64,000 bases of DNA from positions 1 to 64,000 of the IMG/VR virus record IMGVR_UViG_3300021170_000008; one strand, 5' to 3'. Each line of letters opens with the position of its first letter. Within the stretch, counting starts at the first letter, position 1. This document shows, one piece after another, positions 1 to 10,213 of this stretch. This DNA is from a virus. A program made the position numbers and the translations under genes. The notes below the pieces were generated by a model. It was not told the DNA's origin. It searched no databases and saw nothing but the letters and a program-made list of their open reading frames with translations.

Positions 1-92
1 GCCCGAAGATTCCCTGGATTTGTGTGATCCGCAGGCATCCCTTCTTGCCGAAAAATGGCTGCGATCAGGCGTTGGATTAGATCCCCCATGGT

Positions 93-3000
93 TTAGTGAA
101 CCACCTTTCCAGGGAATACCGTCCCGCTTGAGGTCACAGCCCGGCTGGTTACGGGTGCGACGGGGGCGACATCTCCAGCCGAAGGCGCAAGTAGGCGTGT
201 AGATATAGTTGAATTACCGCCATCCCTGAATACAGCCAAAAAGTAACCTACGTATCCAGAGATGATTGGTATTTGAATCGCACAAGTTGAAGCACACGAT
301 ACCCCAGTGATCCCGGACTCTACTCCACCTACTCCATCGGCTGGCCACTGAAATGGATTCGATTGATTAACCGTGCCGCTATTAGCAACACATGGATCTC
401 TTCGCTGCGTACAGTAATACTGCGTAGGTGTTCCGTACTCGGCATAACCGAACCTGACGATGACATTATTGGTGCCGCCAGGGACTCCTGAGATCGTAAC
501 GGAGTGAGACGAAAACTGGGTCCTATTAAGGCCGTCATACGGAGGCTGCGTCTGAGGGACTTTTACTAGATATACGCCACCACGCCCGCCTGCGTAAAGC
601 GGCCCGCTTGAATTTGCCGTGAAGACAACCTGCCATCCGCCCCATAGTAGCTTACCGTTAAGTGTATCTGGGTCGCCCTTGGCATTGATCGCAAACTGCT
701 CAAGTAGCGGGTAGAACTGGTTCTGCTGTTGAGTAAACGAAGTTGAGACCGGTCCAGGGTAAACAAACGTACCTAACCCCTGCGCCGCCAAATCTGAGAA
801 GCACAAGTCATATGCGTCTGCTGCCGATAAATCGCATGGTCCAGGAGGACCGGCATTGAAGTAGTTCGGGTTAAGATAGGGTGCATTTACGTAGATATCC
901 CCGACCGAAGACCCGGTTCGGCATTCGTTGACTTTATACGCGATGCAGTAGTTGTAATTATCCATGGTTGTGCCGCCGATCTGATTGCCGGTCGCGCTGC
1001 TGCTCATGTCGTTGAGCGAACGGAAGTTGGACTCAACCAGATGTGGCTGGCACTTATAGGAGATCCCGTCAGACGGGAGTAGCCCTCCAGGGTTTTCGTT
1101 ATACGTGAGCTTGAACAAAGTTCCAACGACCCAGGTAGCTGAGTTTTGATTAAATGCAGCCCCGATATTAGGGTGTGTGTCTGTGATAATCGACCACGGT
1201 GTCGGCTTGTATGATGGATGCCCTTCGTATAGATCTGGGTACTGCGGAGAGTAGCAAGACCCAGAAAATAAAGGTGAATCAAACGCCTGAGCAAATGTTG
1301 TCCCCATCGGGAACTGGGACTTGTCGTTTGAGATCCCAGTGGGAGTATACGCTCCCGAAATAGACGGAGATCCAAAATTAACTTTGTCGTAGGATACCGA
1401 GTGACCGCCACCTGGATCGAACCTGCAATAATTATTCGCATTCGATGTTGGTCCGTTAGGCTGGGCCAGAAAATCCCAAAAGCAAATAGATGGGATTGGG
1501 TCAACTGTAGTCACGCCCCAGTACGGAGTTAACAAAGCAGTAGATCCGTTGGCCCATGACTGTAAGGGGTAGTTCGGATCAAGTCCTCTAGTCAAGGTGA
1601 TGTCGGCGTTTGTTGACTGGATCGATAAGACCTGATCGTTTTCGCACGGCACCCCTGGGCAGTTCCCCCACTCGATAACATCGCCGACGGCTAAATTCTG
1701 TAGTGTCGTCGGCGCTATCATCGCAGTCGGGATACCGGTGATCTGTATCCTGCAAGTCGGCGAGCATGTCGGAGGCATCGCGCCAGCCATAAATGTCGGA
1801 CTACCTCCACCGCATCCAGCGACGCAGTAGTTGCCCGCATAAGTGATTCGATAGGCTGGGCCGTTGACCGTGTCGTCGCGGCCACGCTTGCCTTGATAAG
1901 CCAAGAGAGGGACGGCATTAGCCCCCTGAAGTGGCGCTACCCATTCGACCCCATGAATTACGGACCATCTCGATCCGCTAGGATTGCAGAACGAGCACCA
2001 GTCCGCGACGACCGTGTTAGACATCATGTCGTAAACCCAGAAGTAAGCAAGGGTATCCTGCCCTCCACGATAAGCCGCGCCATGCACGTAGCGCCCCGAC
2101 GAGTAACCCATAACCGTGTAGTTGTCGTAATCGGTCGAATCAAATGTTGGGTCAAAAGCGAGTATCTTAGTCGCGATAGGTCCGCTTATATCAGTCCAGG
2201 TGATACTACTCGGGTAGACAGACTGGTCCGTAGCCAGAGGAGTTAGCGGAACATCATTGGCCGCATTACCGGTAAGCTGCGCCGTAAAGATAACAAACTG
2301 ACTGTCGGATGCACGGATGCATCCCGTGACAAACGTATTTGCGTCCGACCAGAATGTGCTACCGTTTCCAATAGCCTCGCACTCTTGCCCGCTTGAAGGC
2401 TGATCCCCGCTGCTCGCCATACCAGGAGTCGTACCAAGATATCCACTCACCCCCGTGGTCGGATTGTAGAACATGATCTTCTCAATCCAGCGGCACTTGT
2501 AGTTCCCCATACCGTCAAGCCACTGCGAGCAGCGCTCGTGAAATCCACCGCTCGTGTTGGTCAGGCTGCCGCCACGCGAGTCAGCCCAATTCGGAGATCC
2601 GATAGAGAATGTATTTGAAGCTGTCGTAGAGTTCTTGTCGATCAAAATTCCGAAGCGCGGATTCCACCAGATCCCCGCATAGTACTGGAACGGATAACCA
2701 GTGGGTCCCGTGAAAGAGGATATGTCGAGGTTGATCGGAGATGTCGCGACAAAGTGTGGCGTCCCAGAACAAACAGGAGCCGCTGCCGATACAACAACAG
2801 TGCCGCCGTTGACCTGTAAGGTCTCATTTGGCTGGGTACGGTTGCAGTCTGTAGTGCTAGTGAAGTTGACCGTGGTCGATGTGCCTGATGTGTACAGATA
2901 GCCTACGCCGAACAGGGAATATCCCGTATCAGTGTAGGGCATACCCCACAGATCGTTAATTGTACAAGATGACGATCCCCCGTCGCCACATAGGTTTACT

Positions 3001-3932
3001 GGTCCAGGAGTTACCGGGAAGACTAATGACTGGACGTTCGAGGCGCAGGTACCAGGAGTTGTCGGAGTGCTATCCAGAGTTAGGCAAACATGAGCAGTGC
3101 AGTCTGCCGTCATCGTGTTTGCCCCAGTGCAACTGGCCGTGTTGATGATGAAATTAAACCAGTTCGGATGCACTGGCGTCGATACCCACTGCTCGAAGAA
3201 TTGGCTAGATGAGATATTCAGATATTGAGCAGGTAAAGATATGAATAGCTTATCCTGAGTTGTTCCTGAGTAAGTGGTGGCTGTTCCGGTTGCATTCGCG
3301 CAACTCGTCCCGACGGTCCAGTTAGTCCCGGAGCAGGCCCCAAATGTACTTGCTAGTAACCGCTTCTCGTCGTTTGGCAGGGAAAAGTTACAGATTTTAG
3401 CTCCCGTAAATGGCTCTATTTCGCACGCCGTTCTGTCGGTCTCAGAGATGTTAGGGAACAACATGTGATGATCTGAAGCTGTGATCACCGGGTCCCGATA
3501 CGTCCTACCCCAGGACGGGTACCCAGTTGAAACTGAACCGGTTGCGATGTCCATGAGTGTAGCCCCGCAGCTTACGCGCCAATAGTGCGTCGTCACCATC
3601 TGAAGGCCACGAGAATAATACTTACCGTCAGATGCCTGTTGAACTGCCCTAGTGCCAGCTACAAAGACTCGATGCAAATTATTCAGCGGATCGGTAAAGG
3701 CACCAGTCCTGGTATCTAAGTTAGATCCAGAGAACAGCGATGAGTTTACGTCGTTAACCAAAGGTGAGTACGTATTAGATTCGCTAACTTCGTACTGGCA
3801 TGGGTCTGACGTTGTCGCGATGACATCAAATAGGATCTGTGCTGGCTGATCAGGATTGACCTTCGTAGTTACCGTAGGGGTAGCGGCTTTCGCAACAGCG
3901 CAAATAATAAATACAGTAGCTAGCGGTCTCAT
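93..3932 (-). CDS. Large Cys/Ser/Thr/Gly-rich putative secreted or virion-surface protein (1279 aa)
   Basis: Long ORF, N-terminal hydrophobic signal-like peptide MRPLATVFIICAVAKA, many Cys pairs; C-terminal FGYAEYG...YYCTQRRDPCV resembles large acidobacterial exported proteins (recall). Confidence 0.7.
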   Translation of the reverse strand: MRPLATVFIICAVAKAATPTVTTKVNPDQPAQILFDVIATTSDPCQYEVSESNTYSPLVNDVNSSLFSGSNLDTRTGAFTDPLNNLHRVFVAGTRAVQQASDGKYYSRGLQMVTTHYWRVSCGATLMDIATGSVSTGYPSWGRTYRDPVITASDHHMLFPNISETDRTACEIEPFTGAKICNFSLPNDEKRLLASTFGACSGTNWTVGTSCANATGTATTYSGTTQDKLFISLPAQYLNISSSQFFEQWVSTPVHPNWFNFIINTASCTGANTMTADCTAHVCLTLDSTPTTPGTCASNVQSLVFPVTPGPVNLCGDGGSSSCTINDLWGMPYTDTGYSLFGVGYLYTSGTSTTVNFTSTTDCNRTQPNETLQVNGGTVVVSAAAPVCSGTPHFVATSPINLDISSFTGPTGYPFQYYAGIWWNPRFGILIDKNSTTASNTFSIGSPNWADSRGGSLTNTSGGFHERCSQWLDGMGNYKCRWIEKIMFYNPTTGVSGYLGTTPGMASSGDQPSSGQECEAIGNGSTFWSDANTFVTGCIRASDSQFVIFTAQLTGNAANDVPLTPLATDQSVYPSSITWTDISGPIATKILAFDPTFDSTDYDNYTVMGYSSGRYVHGAAYRGGQDTLAYFWVYDMMSNTVVADWCSFCNPSGSRWSVIHGVEWVAPLQGANAVPLLAYQGKRGRDDTVNGPAYRITYAGNYCVAGCGGGSPTFMAGAMPPTCSPTCRIQITGIPTAMIAPTTLQNLAVGDVIEWGNCPGVPCENDQVLSIQSTNADITLTRGLDPNYPLQSWANGSTALLTPYWGVTTVDPIPSICFWDFLAQPNGPTSNANNYCRFDPGGGHSVSYDKVNFGSPSISGAYTPTGISNDKSQFPMGTTFAQAFDSPLFSGSCYSPQYPDLYEGHPSYKPTPWSIITDTHPNIGAAFNQNSATWVVGTLFKLTYNENPGGLLPSDGISYKCQPHLVESNFRSLNDMSSSATGNQIGGTTMDNYNYCIAYKVNECRTGSSVGDIYVNAPYLNPNYFNAGPPGPCDLSAADAYDLCFSDLAAQGLGTFVYPGPVSTSFTQQQNQFYPLLEQFAINAKGDPDTLNGKLLWGGWQVVFTANSSGPLYAGGRGGVYLVKVPQTQPPYDGLNRTQFSSHSVTISGVPGGTNNVIVRFGYAEYGTPTQYYCTQRRDPCVANSGTVNQSNPFQWPADGVGGVESGITGVSCASTCAIQIPIISGYVGYFLAVFRDGGNSTISTRLLAPSAGDVAPVAPVTSRAVTSSGTVFPGKVVH

Positions 3933-6062
3933 TTAGATGATCCGGAACCTTGTCCCGTCATACCCCAGAGGAACAATCATCCCAGCCGCACACTGCGCCG
4001 ATGTTGGGTCCGTAGATCCATCAGCTTGCTTAACGGATTTAGCCCCAAGACCGTCGATGTTCATTGTCGTGGCTGTTCCACCACTACAACTCATACCGAC
4101 TAACCAGTACACAACCAAACGTGTCGCGTAAGCTTGTAGTGGCCCATTCGCTAGAGTCGTAGTATAGACCGTCGCGCTCGAAGATGTCTCCGTAAGGCCC
4201 AAAGAGAAGTCATTAGCTGAGATCACATCTCCCGCTACAACTCGTGGGATCGCGTGACGATTGCTACTAGCGTTGGCGTAATATACAGCGGTATGTGAGG
4301 AACTGTCATACGTCATGACTCCCACTCCGGATGTCGATGATGTAATTGCGGTTCTTTCTGGCCCTAATATATACGTCGGAGAACACGTTGGGCAAGTTGC
4401 AGGACCACCTTGGTATGTTGTACCGTCCCAGTCAAACTGTTGTATCGTGACCATGTTCGCTCCGAGATCAGGTTGCGCTGGCCCGCTTACGGTTCCAGGC
4501 CATCCAGACACCAGGAAGTTACCGGTACCGTTCTGCGCGAAGGCGACCTTAAAGGACTGGTGCGATACAGAGTTGGTGATAGAAATTGATGTCACATTAG
4601 CCGTCAATATGTTTGAGAAGTACGATCCCTTACTTAAATCAATCGTAATTGAAGCAGCAGAAGCTATGACCGTAGGAGTATCCGAGAACCTTCCAGTAAT
4701 AGCGACATTCCCGGAAGATGATGGATTGGATTGAATATCGCTTCCGGAAAGAATAAATGGACATATAAAGAAACCGGGATCAGAGCTTACCCCCGATCCC
4801 TCAAAACAGAAATTGACAGCCGCTGGGGCGATAAGCGTTGGGGCGCTCGTTCCATTACCAACCATAATTGCGTGCGCCGTAATAGATCCCAAGCTCGTCC
4901 CGCCCTGGCTCACCGTTACCACCGCATTGTCGGTTAATATATTCGCGCTAGCGTTCGGCAAGGTGAATGTCTTAAGAGATGTTCCGGGTCCAGCGAACTG
5001 CATGAAGCCGTTGTTGGTTCCGCCGTTGGCCCCAGGTAGAATCGCCGTGACTTTAGATGTCAGATCGATAGTCGCGTTCGCGATGTCAGCATTGACAACC
5101 GATGTAAAGCTAGGCGGTCCAGCGCCGTTGCCGTGTAGTACCTGCGTCGTCGTACCAAGAGATCCAAGCACACTCGGGGCCGCGCCAGCACCACCGCCCA
5201 ACACGATTGCGTTTACCGAAAGAGCAGCACTCGTTGCCAGCGTTGTCCCGTTTGAGAAATAAGGGATTCCGCCAGACGTGCCGGTAACTCCAAGCGCAAG
5301 TGTTCCAGATCCAGTGATAGGGCCACCGGTGAACGCGAAGATCCCCGTAGCGGAAGCGTTCACGCTTGTTACTGATCCGCCACCAGCCGGTGTTTGACAC
5401 GACCCATCCCCACGTAAGAAACTTGATGAATTACAGGTCCCTGTCCATAGAGCTATGATTGTTGCCGATGTCGCTATACTAGGCACACCGGATGACATCT
5501 TAATAAGTCCGGTTAACGCGGCTATACTAGCCCCCATAAGTTGGTTGGCGTTAACTATTCCGGAACCGCTAAATGTCATACTGGCCCCAGTACCTAGCGT
5601 CATTACCGCTGAACCATTTGTACCACTAGTTATAGAGTTAAATGCAGGACTGCCGCCACCACCCGTACCTCCGTTAGTTGGTATGTAGATATTTTTTGTG
5701 CCAGTGTAGTTTATAGATACCGTACCAGTGATATTGAACCTCAGGTACGCATGATACCCTGATGCGGCTCCGATACAACTAGGTGCTGTATTCGCTACGG
5801 TTGCGTCTCCGTCCGCAAAGCTATTCCATGGTCCAGTTGTAGCAACGTCAGAGTATTGAATAGTTACTGACCAAGACCCAGTACCAGTTACACAGAAAGT
5901 ATGCACGTTGCTCGTTCTCTGCGTACTTCTATTATCAATAACAGTTGCTTGGCTTGTTATGTTGTTTATTGCAACGACTTGTACGGTGCCTGGAGGTTGC
6001 GCTACCGCCTGAGCTGCGAGTAGCCCGCAGAAACCAAAAATAAGTATTGATAAATACTTCAC
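3933..6062 (-). CDS. Tail-fibre/adhesin-like Gly/Thr/Ser-rich protein (709 aa)
   Basis: Fibre-type motifs FLRGDG, GGGSVTSV, ANGGT; signal-like N-terminus. Confidence 0.65.
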   Translation of the reverse strand: MKYLSILIFGFCGLLAAQAVAQPPGTVQVVAINNITSQATVIDNRSTQRTSNVHTFCVTGTGSWSVTIQYSDVATTGPWNSFADGDATVANTAPSCIGAASGYHAYLRFNITGTVSINYTGTKNIYIPTNGGTGGGGSPAFNSITSGTNGSAVMTLGTGASMTFSGSGIVNANQLMGASIAALTGLIKMSSGVPSIATSATIIALWTGTCNSSSFLRGDGSCQTPAGGGSVTSVNASATGIFAFTGGPITGSGTLALGVTGTSGGIPYFSNGTTLATSAALSVNAIVLGGGAGAAPSVLGSLGTTTQVLHGNGAGPPSFTSVVNADIANATIDLTSKVTAILPGANGGTNNGFMQFAGPGTSLKTFTLPNASANILTDNAVVTVSQGGTSLGSITAHAIMVGNGTSAPTLIAPAAVNFCFEGSGVSSDPGFFICPFILSGSDIQSNPSSSGNVAITGRFSDTPTVIASAASITIDLSKGSYFSNILTANVTSISITNSVSHQSFKVAFAQNGTGNFLVSGWPGTVSGPAQPDLGANMVTIQQFDWDGTTYQGGPATCPTCSPTYILGPERTAITSSTSGVGVMTYDSSSHTAVYYANASSNRHAIPRVVAGDVISANDFSLGLTETSSSATVYTTTLANGPLQAYATRLVVYWLVGMSCSGGTATTMNIDGLGAKSVKQADGSTDPTSAQCAAGMIVPLGYDGTRFRII

Positions 6063-6103
6063 GCCGCCTCCAGTTAGTCGTTATTATTATCGGAGAGAAT
6101 AAC

Positions 6104-6598
6104 TTAGAGGGATACGCTGGCGGCTTTATAGGTGCTGTCGAGGGCTGGGGATTTGTCAAGACACATCTGAAGTTCTACGGTGTGGATATGGTTCGCATAC
6201 TTGCTATCCACAAACCTGGAGTGCTCTTGCCAGGGAATTTCTTTATGTGTACCGTCGGACCAACTAGCCGTGGATTTATAGGTAGTATCCAGGGAGAAGA
6301 ACGCAACCTGACTATCCACGCGGTCTCCACGAACCATCAGCTTCTCTCGGCGCAGGTAGTCGATAATTGATCCTTGCACCCGAGTATAGGCGAATGTCCA
6401 GAATGTATTGTTGGATGTTTCTTGATGGCGAAGGCAGGTTTTCCAAAGAGCCATCATAACTTCTGACATGATGTCGTCTTTGAGATGCCGGACGGCTGGG
6501 TTAATATCTCGGCAGTATCTATTGACAAGAGCGGTGGCTCGCTTCTCGTGGTCCGCGAAAAGCTGCTCGCAAACACCTAGATCTACAGTTTCTTCCAA
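6104..6598 (-). CDS. Sigma-70 family protein, region 2 only (FliA/SigD-like)
   Basis: DIMSEVMMALWK...FWTFAYTRVQGSIIDYLRRE matches region 2; no recognisable region-4 HTH. Confidence 0.7.
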   Translation of the reverse strand: MEETVDLGVCEQLFADHEKRATALVNRYCRDINPAVRHLKDDIMSEVMMALWKTCLRHQETSNNTFWTFAYTRVQGSIIDYLRREKLMVRGDRVDSQVAFFSLDTTYKSTASWSDGTHKEIPWQEHSRFVDSKYANHIHTVELQMCLDKSPALDSTYKAASVSL

Positions 6599-6664
6599 AG
6601 TGGAAGTGTAGACCTATTTGTATTACGCTGTCAAGAAAGGACTTGTATTTCTAATCAATACGCA

Positions 6665-6871
6665 CTATCTTCTATGAGTCCATCCTGCGTAAGCAAGTTG
6701 CTCCCGCAGGTATGTTATAACCTCCGGAAGCCTCCGTACGGGGACTACTTTTATAAGATCCCCGACGCAGTCTCGCCGGTCCGTATGGACCCGGCCAAGG
6801 CCACAAAGCGGGCAGGCAACCTTAGCATCGTCGTAACTTAAAGCCTTCGTTACGGCCTGAATATCGGTCAT
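6665..6871 (-). CDS. Hypothetical protein (CxxC)
   Basis: ORF in tightly packed leftward operon; probable start MTDIQ at 6871. Confidence 0.5.
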   Translation of the reverse strand: MTDIQAVTKALSYDDAKVACPLCGLGRVHTDRRDCVGDLIKVVPVRRLPEVITYLREQLAYAGWTHRR

Positions 6872-7128
6872 ACCGTAATTTCCTCCGTTTCGTGGCAATC
6901 ACAAGAGCACGATCCTGCGTCACGGAATGGGGAGCAGCCGCAGTGATCGCAGGTCAGGGACGCTTCTAGGTTATTCCACTGGCAGCTATGACATAGCGCC
7001 GATAATGACAGGCCTTTCCGGGATCTACATCTTCTGCAACCTCGGTGGGTGAGGCCATAAGCGTACATCCTTATAAGTCTTCGCGCCATCAACCAGCGCC
7101 TCTTTTGGATTGCTCTAACTAGTCGCAT
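6868..7128 (-). CDS. Cys-rich hypothetical protein
   Basis: ORF with several CxxC; overlaps next gene start. Confidence 0.5.
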   Translation of the reverse strand: MRLVRAIQKRRWLMARRLIRMYAYGLTHRGCRRCRSRKGLSLSALCHSCQWNNLEASLTCDHCGCSPFRDAGSCSCDCHETEEITV

Positions 7129-7269
7129 CTAGGCGTCTATCCTGAACTTTATTTTGTGAATGAGATACGGCTGGGGCTTAATACGGCGACGCTCGAAGAC
7201 TTTAGCCACAAAGACACCCCATCCGGCACCAGCTAGGAAGAAGGCTAAATCTATGAATCCTGTTCGCAT
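7129..7269 (-). CDS. Small membrane protein (46 aa, MRTGFIDLAFFLAGAGWGVFVAK...)
   Basis: Hand-translated; ATG 7 nt after a TTGACG-17-TACAAT promoter. Confidence 0.55.
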   Translation of the reverse strand: MRTGFIDLAFFLAGAGWGVFVAKVFERRRIKPQPYLIHKIKFRIDA

Positions 7270-7276
7270 TTGTTTG

Positions 7277-7305
7277 ATTGTATCTAGCTTGGGTGTTTAC
7301 GTCAA
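7277..7305 (-). promoter_or_regulatory. Sigma70-type promoter TTGACG-N17-TACAAT (leaderless)
   Basis: Near-consensus hexamers with 17-nt spacer. Confidence 0.65.
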
Positions 7306-7312
7306 GCGTAAT

Positions 7313-7768
7313 TCACTTCCCCTCATTGGGCTGCGCGGCGATTGCCGCCAGCACCTCCGCTGTTTCTTTTCGCCAGTCGTCATGAACGTGGTAGCAAGAG
7401 TGGCTATCGATGTGCGAATGGACAATTCGATAAATCCACGAGAGTTTCCCATGAGCGGTTTTCTCGGTTTCCGTCATCTTCTCCGCGTGGAAGGCCACGC
7501 GGCATTCCAAGTCCTCGCAGAAGTCGTCTCCCACGCTGCGCTCGATTAGCACGAGCAATTTCCGCAGCCGGTCAATCTCGTCCGCAAGTGCTGGAAGAGA
7601 GTCCAGTTCGTTGCTGCGTCGCTGGAGCCACGCGATCCGTTCAGAACATGCGAAATTGTGACCAGAGCCTCCAGGCGCGCCGCATCGGTCGCACTGTTCT
7701 GCCGGCACCTCGGGAGAACGCTCCAGTTCTTTCCACAGTTCTCGCAGTTTGGCGGTATCCACGCTCAT
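7313..7768 (-). CDS. Hypothetical phage protein
   Basis: SD GAGGA before MSVDTAK start at 7768. Confidence 0.6.
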   Translation of the reverse strand: MSVDTAKLRELWKELERSPEVPAEQCDRCGAPGGSGHNFACSERIAWLQRRSNELDSLPALADEIDRLRKLLVLIERSVGDDFCEDLECRVAFHAEKMTETEKTAHGKLSWIYRIVHSHIDSHSCYHVHDDWRKETAEVLAAIAAQPNEGK

Positions 7769-7800
7769 GGCTTCCTCTGGCCGTGTGCTGCGTTGAATCG

Positions 7801-7956
7801 TTAAACACGCTTGCGGTATGCGACCTTGCATCGCTTGCAGGTTACCCGTTCCGGTTTCCACGTCCAATTTCTACCCTGGTCAGGTGGGCCGCTGTATGCC
7901 GTAGCACCGCATTCAAGACCACCCTTACCGCCATTACCGAGATGTATCTTACTCAT
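7801..7956 (-). CDS. Small hypothetical protein (VTCKRC)
   Basis: ATGA-coupled to upstream gene. Confidence 0.5.
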   Translation of the reverse strand: MSKIHLGNGGKGGLECGATAYSGPPDQGRNWTWKPERVTCKRCKVAYRKRV

Positions 7957-8237
7957 TTTCCCTCCAGGAACTGCTGGATTTCGGCATCCAGCGCAATAAC
8001 ATCTGGCCACCCGCCCCGTACTTCCATCAGACGTTTAGCGGCCAGCTTCAATAGTTCCCTGCTGCGCTTGTCGCGCTCGCGGAGGGAATCACGCTCTCTG
8101 CTTGCATCACGAAGGGCTAATGTAGTGAGTTTCACGGCTTCCTTGCATTCCCGATCAAGCTGATCGATGCCCTGGCGTGCCACTACAAGAAGGCGATCTG
8201 GACCCGGTTCTACATCATCATATGCGTATGCGCTCAC
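7953..8237 (-). CDS. Hypothetical coiled-coil protein (N-terminal AYDDVEPGP)
   Basis: Coupled ORF; N-terminus shared with 10206..10565. Confidence 0.6.
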   Translation of the reverse strand: MSAYAYDDVEPGPDRLLVVARQGIDQLDRECKEAVKLTTLALRDASRERDSLRERDKRSRELLKLAAKRLMEVRGGWPDVIALDAEIQQFLEGK

Positions 8238-8755
8238 TTCTGTGCCTCCCGAGCTTCGAGCCAGTCTATCAACGTCAGTATTGCTAACGCTGAAGTGAAC
8301 AGCCCACGATCCTCTAAGTGTTTAGCTATGACCCTAAGACTTTCCGCGCTCACCGGGCAGGGCGCGGCATCGCGTGATTCGTCCAATCCAGCAAGATATT
8401 CACTGACGTTCTTAATATGTGCAGCATCGCGTGGGGCAGACTGCTCGTCGGGCATAGCCGGATACTTCCACTGGTGTGGTGCTGCGTTGCCCTGCGCAAG
8501 CGCACTCAGATTATCCAGAACGGACATAGGGGCATTAATAGCCCCGGCCCATTGATACAGCCACGCGAACGCCTCGCGACATAGATCGGGCGGAGGTTGC
8601 TCGTCGGGGGATGGTATGCGCAGGCCGATCTCGTCCCAGGATACTTTTAGAGTCCACTCGCCCATAACATACAGCGCAGCCTGCCATGGACCAGGCTTGC
8701 CTTTCCATATATTCCTCACCCAATACCACCCATCAGGGCGCTCACTCGCACTCAT
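8234..8755 (-). CDS. Hypothetical phage protein
   Basis: SD GGAGG; RPDGWYWV N-terminal motif. Confidence 0.6.
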   Translation of the reverse strand: MSASERPDGWYWVRNIWKGKPGPWQAALYVMGEWTLKVSWDEIGLRIPSPDEQPPPDLCREAFAWLYQWAGAINAPMSVLDNLSALAQGNAAPHQWKYPAMPDEQSAPRDAAHIKNVSEYLAGLDESRDAAPCPVSAESLRVIAKHLEDRGLFTSALAILTLIDWLEAREAQK

Positions 8756-8911
8756 ACTCCCTCCGACTTTACCTGCTTGGCGGCATTCAAAGCTGCCGTG
8801 GTAATAAACTCAGCAACATGCTCTGATCCACCGGCGGCTTTCTCGATCAGTTTGTACTGAGCAATTGTGAGATGGACCGTCAAGATTCTGTATTTATTGC
8901 CTGGGTTGGTT

Positions 8912-9226
8912 TTAGCTGCCATCTTTATCTTCTCCAGACATTTCTTTCATGAGCTTGGCCGCACAATCCATGCAGATTTTCCTAGGAGCCTTAGGCAGGT
9001 GTGGCCGGTGCTGGACTTCACGACCGCAGTCCGAGCACACTCCTATTAAGTTATCCGTGAAAGGCGTCTTAACCGTCGCTAGTACGCAGACGGCGATATC
9101 GGCTTGTTCGGCTTCCTCCCCGGAGACTATATCTATGGGGATTTCGGTATTGGCACTACCGCCTTGATCGACCGGGCCTTGCATGGTGTGGACGACTTCG
9201 TTGTTTTTTCTGAACACGATCTTCAT
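8912..9226 (-). CDS. Hypothetical Zn-ribbon protein
   Basis: CxxC...CxxC; SD AGGAG. Confidence 0.6.
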   Translation of the reverse strand: MKIVFRKNNEVVHTMQGPVDQGGSANTEIPIDIVSGEEAEQADIAVCVLATVKTPFTDNLIGVCSDCGREVQHRPHLPKAPRKICMDCAAKLMKEMSGEDKDGS

Positions 9227-9228
9227 GA

Positions 9229-9561
9229 TTACGCTCTCCTGAGCATCGGGGCCGGGGTCGTATTAGAGTAAAGCGGCGCACCCCTGAGCATCTCACTTGC
9301 GCGAGTATAACGTATTGAATTCATCATCTTGCGTATCTTCCTACGCTGCCATCGAGTACCTATCCGTGGTCCATCTGACCCTATCGTTAGATCCGCGTAA
9401 GGTCTATTAGCTATCCAGAGATCTAACTTACCGCAGATAGCATAATGGCTGTCGAATTTCCAGGAGGCCGGTCGGAATCTCAAGGACTCCATGATCTCTT
9501 CGGCCAACGACTTAGATGTCACCGGCTTTGGCTTCGGCTTGTCGGGGCCGTCGATGATCAT
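9229..9561 (-). CDS. Hypothetical protein
   Basis: ATGA-coupled to upstream RAIEL gene. Confidence 0.6.
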   Translation of the reverse strand: MIIDGPDKPKPKPVTSKSLAEEIMESLRFRPASWKFDSHYAICGKLDLWIANRPYADLTIGSDGPRIGTRWQRRKIRKMMNSIRYTRASEMLRGAPLYSNTTPAPMLRRA

Positions 9562-9839
9562 AGCTCGATAGCTCTCAGCTTAGGTGGTTTCTCTGACTCA
9601 GGATCGGCTGGGCGTAGGTCACTGACCTTAATAAGGTCAACAGGGATCATAGATTCCACTCGGTAGCCGCACCGAGAGCAAATAAGTGGACCGCCTCCGT
9701 ATATGCGATACATCCGACCATCTGCACACACCGGACACAAAATAGAAGACACCATCAGGCAGCAGGTAACCGACTTTAAGTCTTCCTCGGCCCAGCGGCG
9801 AGTAGCCTTCATGGATAGTGTTACGAGATCTACCGGCAT
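9558..9839 (-). CDS. Zn-ribbon hypothetical protein with C-terminal KPPKLRAIEL
   Basis: CPVC...CSRC; shared C-terminal peptide. Confidence 0.65.
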   Translation of the reverse strand: MPVDLVTLSMKATRRWAEEDLKSVTCCLMVSSILCPVCADGRMYRIYGGGPLICSRCGYRVESMIPVDLIKVSDLRPADPESEKPPKLRAIEL

Positions 9840-9845
9840 ACTCCG

Positions 9846-9874
9846 ATTGTCCCACTTTGCAGAGTTTATGTCAA
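9846..9874 (-). promoter_or_regulatory. Sigma70-type promoter TTGACA-N17-GACAAT (leaderless)
   Basis: ATG 6 nt downstream of -10. Confidence 0.65.
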
Positions 9875-10045
9875 GCGTAATTATGACGGTTCAGGTATTG
9901 GCCGATACTTTTTACATCCGCATACGGAGCAATTTACAATGGTACCGTCGCCCTTAAACCAGTGCTGGTCTTTTCTGTGAGTGCAAACGCAAGGATGGTC
10001 GAGGTCGTCCTGTTGTTTGAGTGGCACGGCTATGCTCATGCGGTA

Positions 10046-10213
10046 TTAGTTTGCTTTGCTCTGGCCCTGATCGACACGGCTTGCGAACCACTCCAGGCAC
10101 TTCGTACATAAAGGTACGTAAGCCCCTTCTTCGTCGCCGACAAAGTACATCTTGACTACCTGGATGCGGGACATCTGGATAGACATACCGGGTCTAAATT
10201 TTACTTCAGGCAT
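10046..10213 (-). CDS. Small hypothetical protein
   Basis: Probable start MPEVKF overlapping upstream gene end. Confidence 0.45.
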   Translation of the reverse strand: MPEVKFRPGMSIQMSRIQVVKMYFVGDEEGAYVPLCTKCLEWFASRVDQGQSKAN

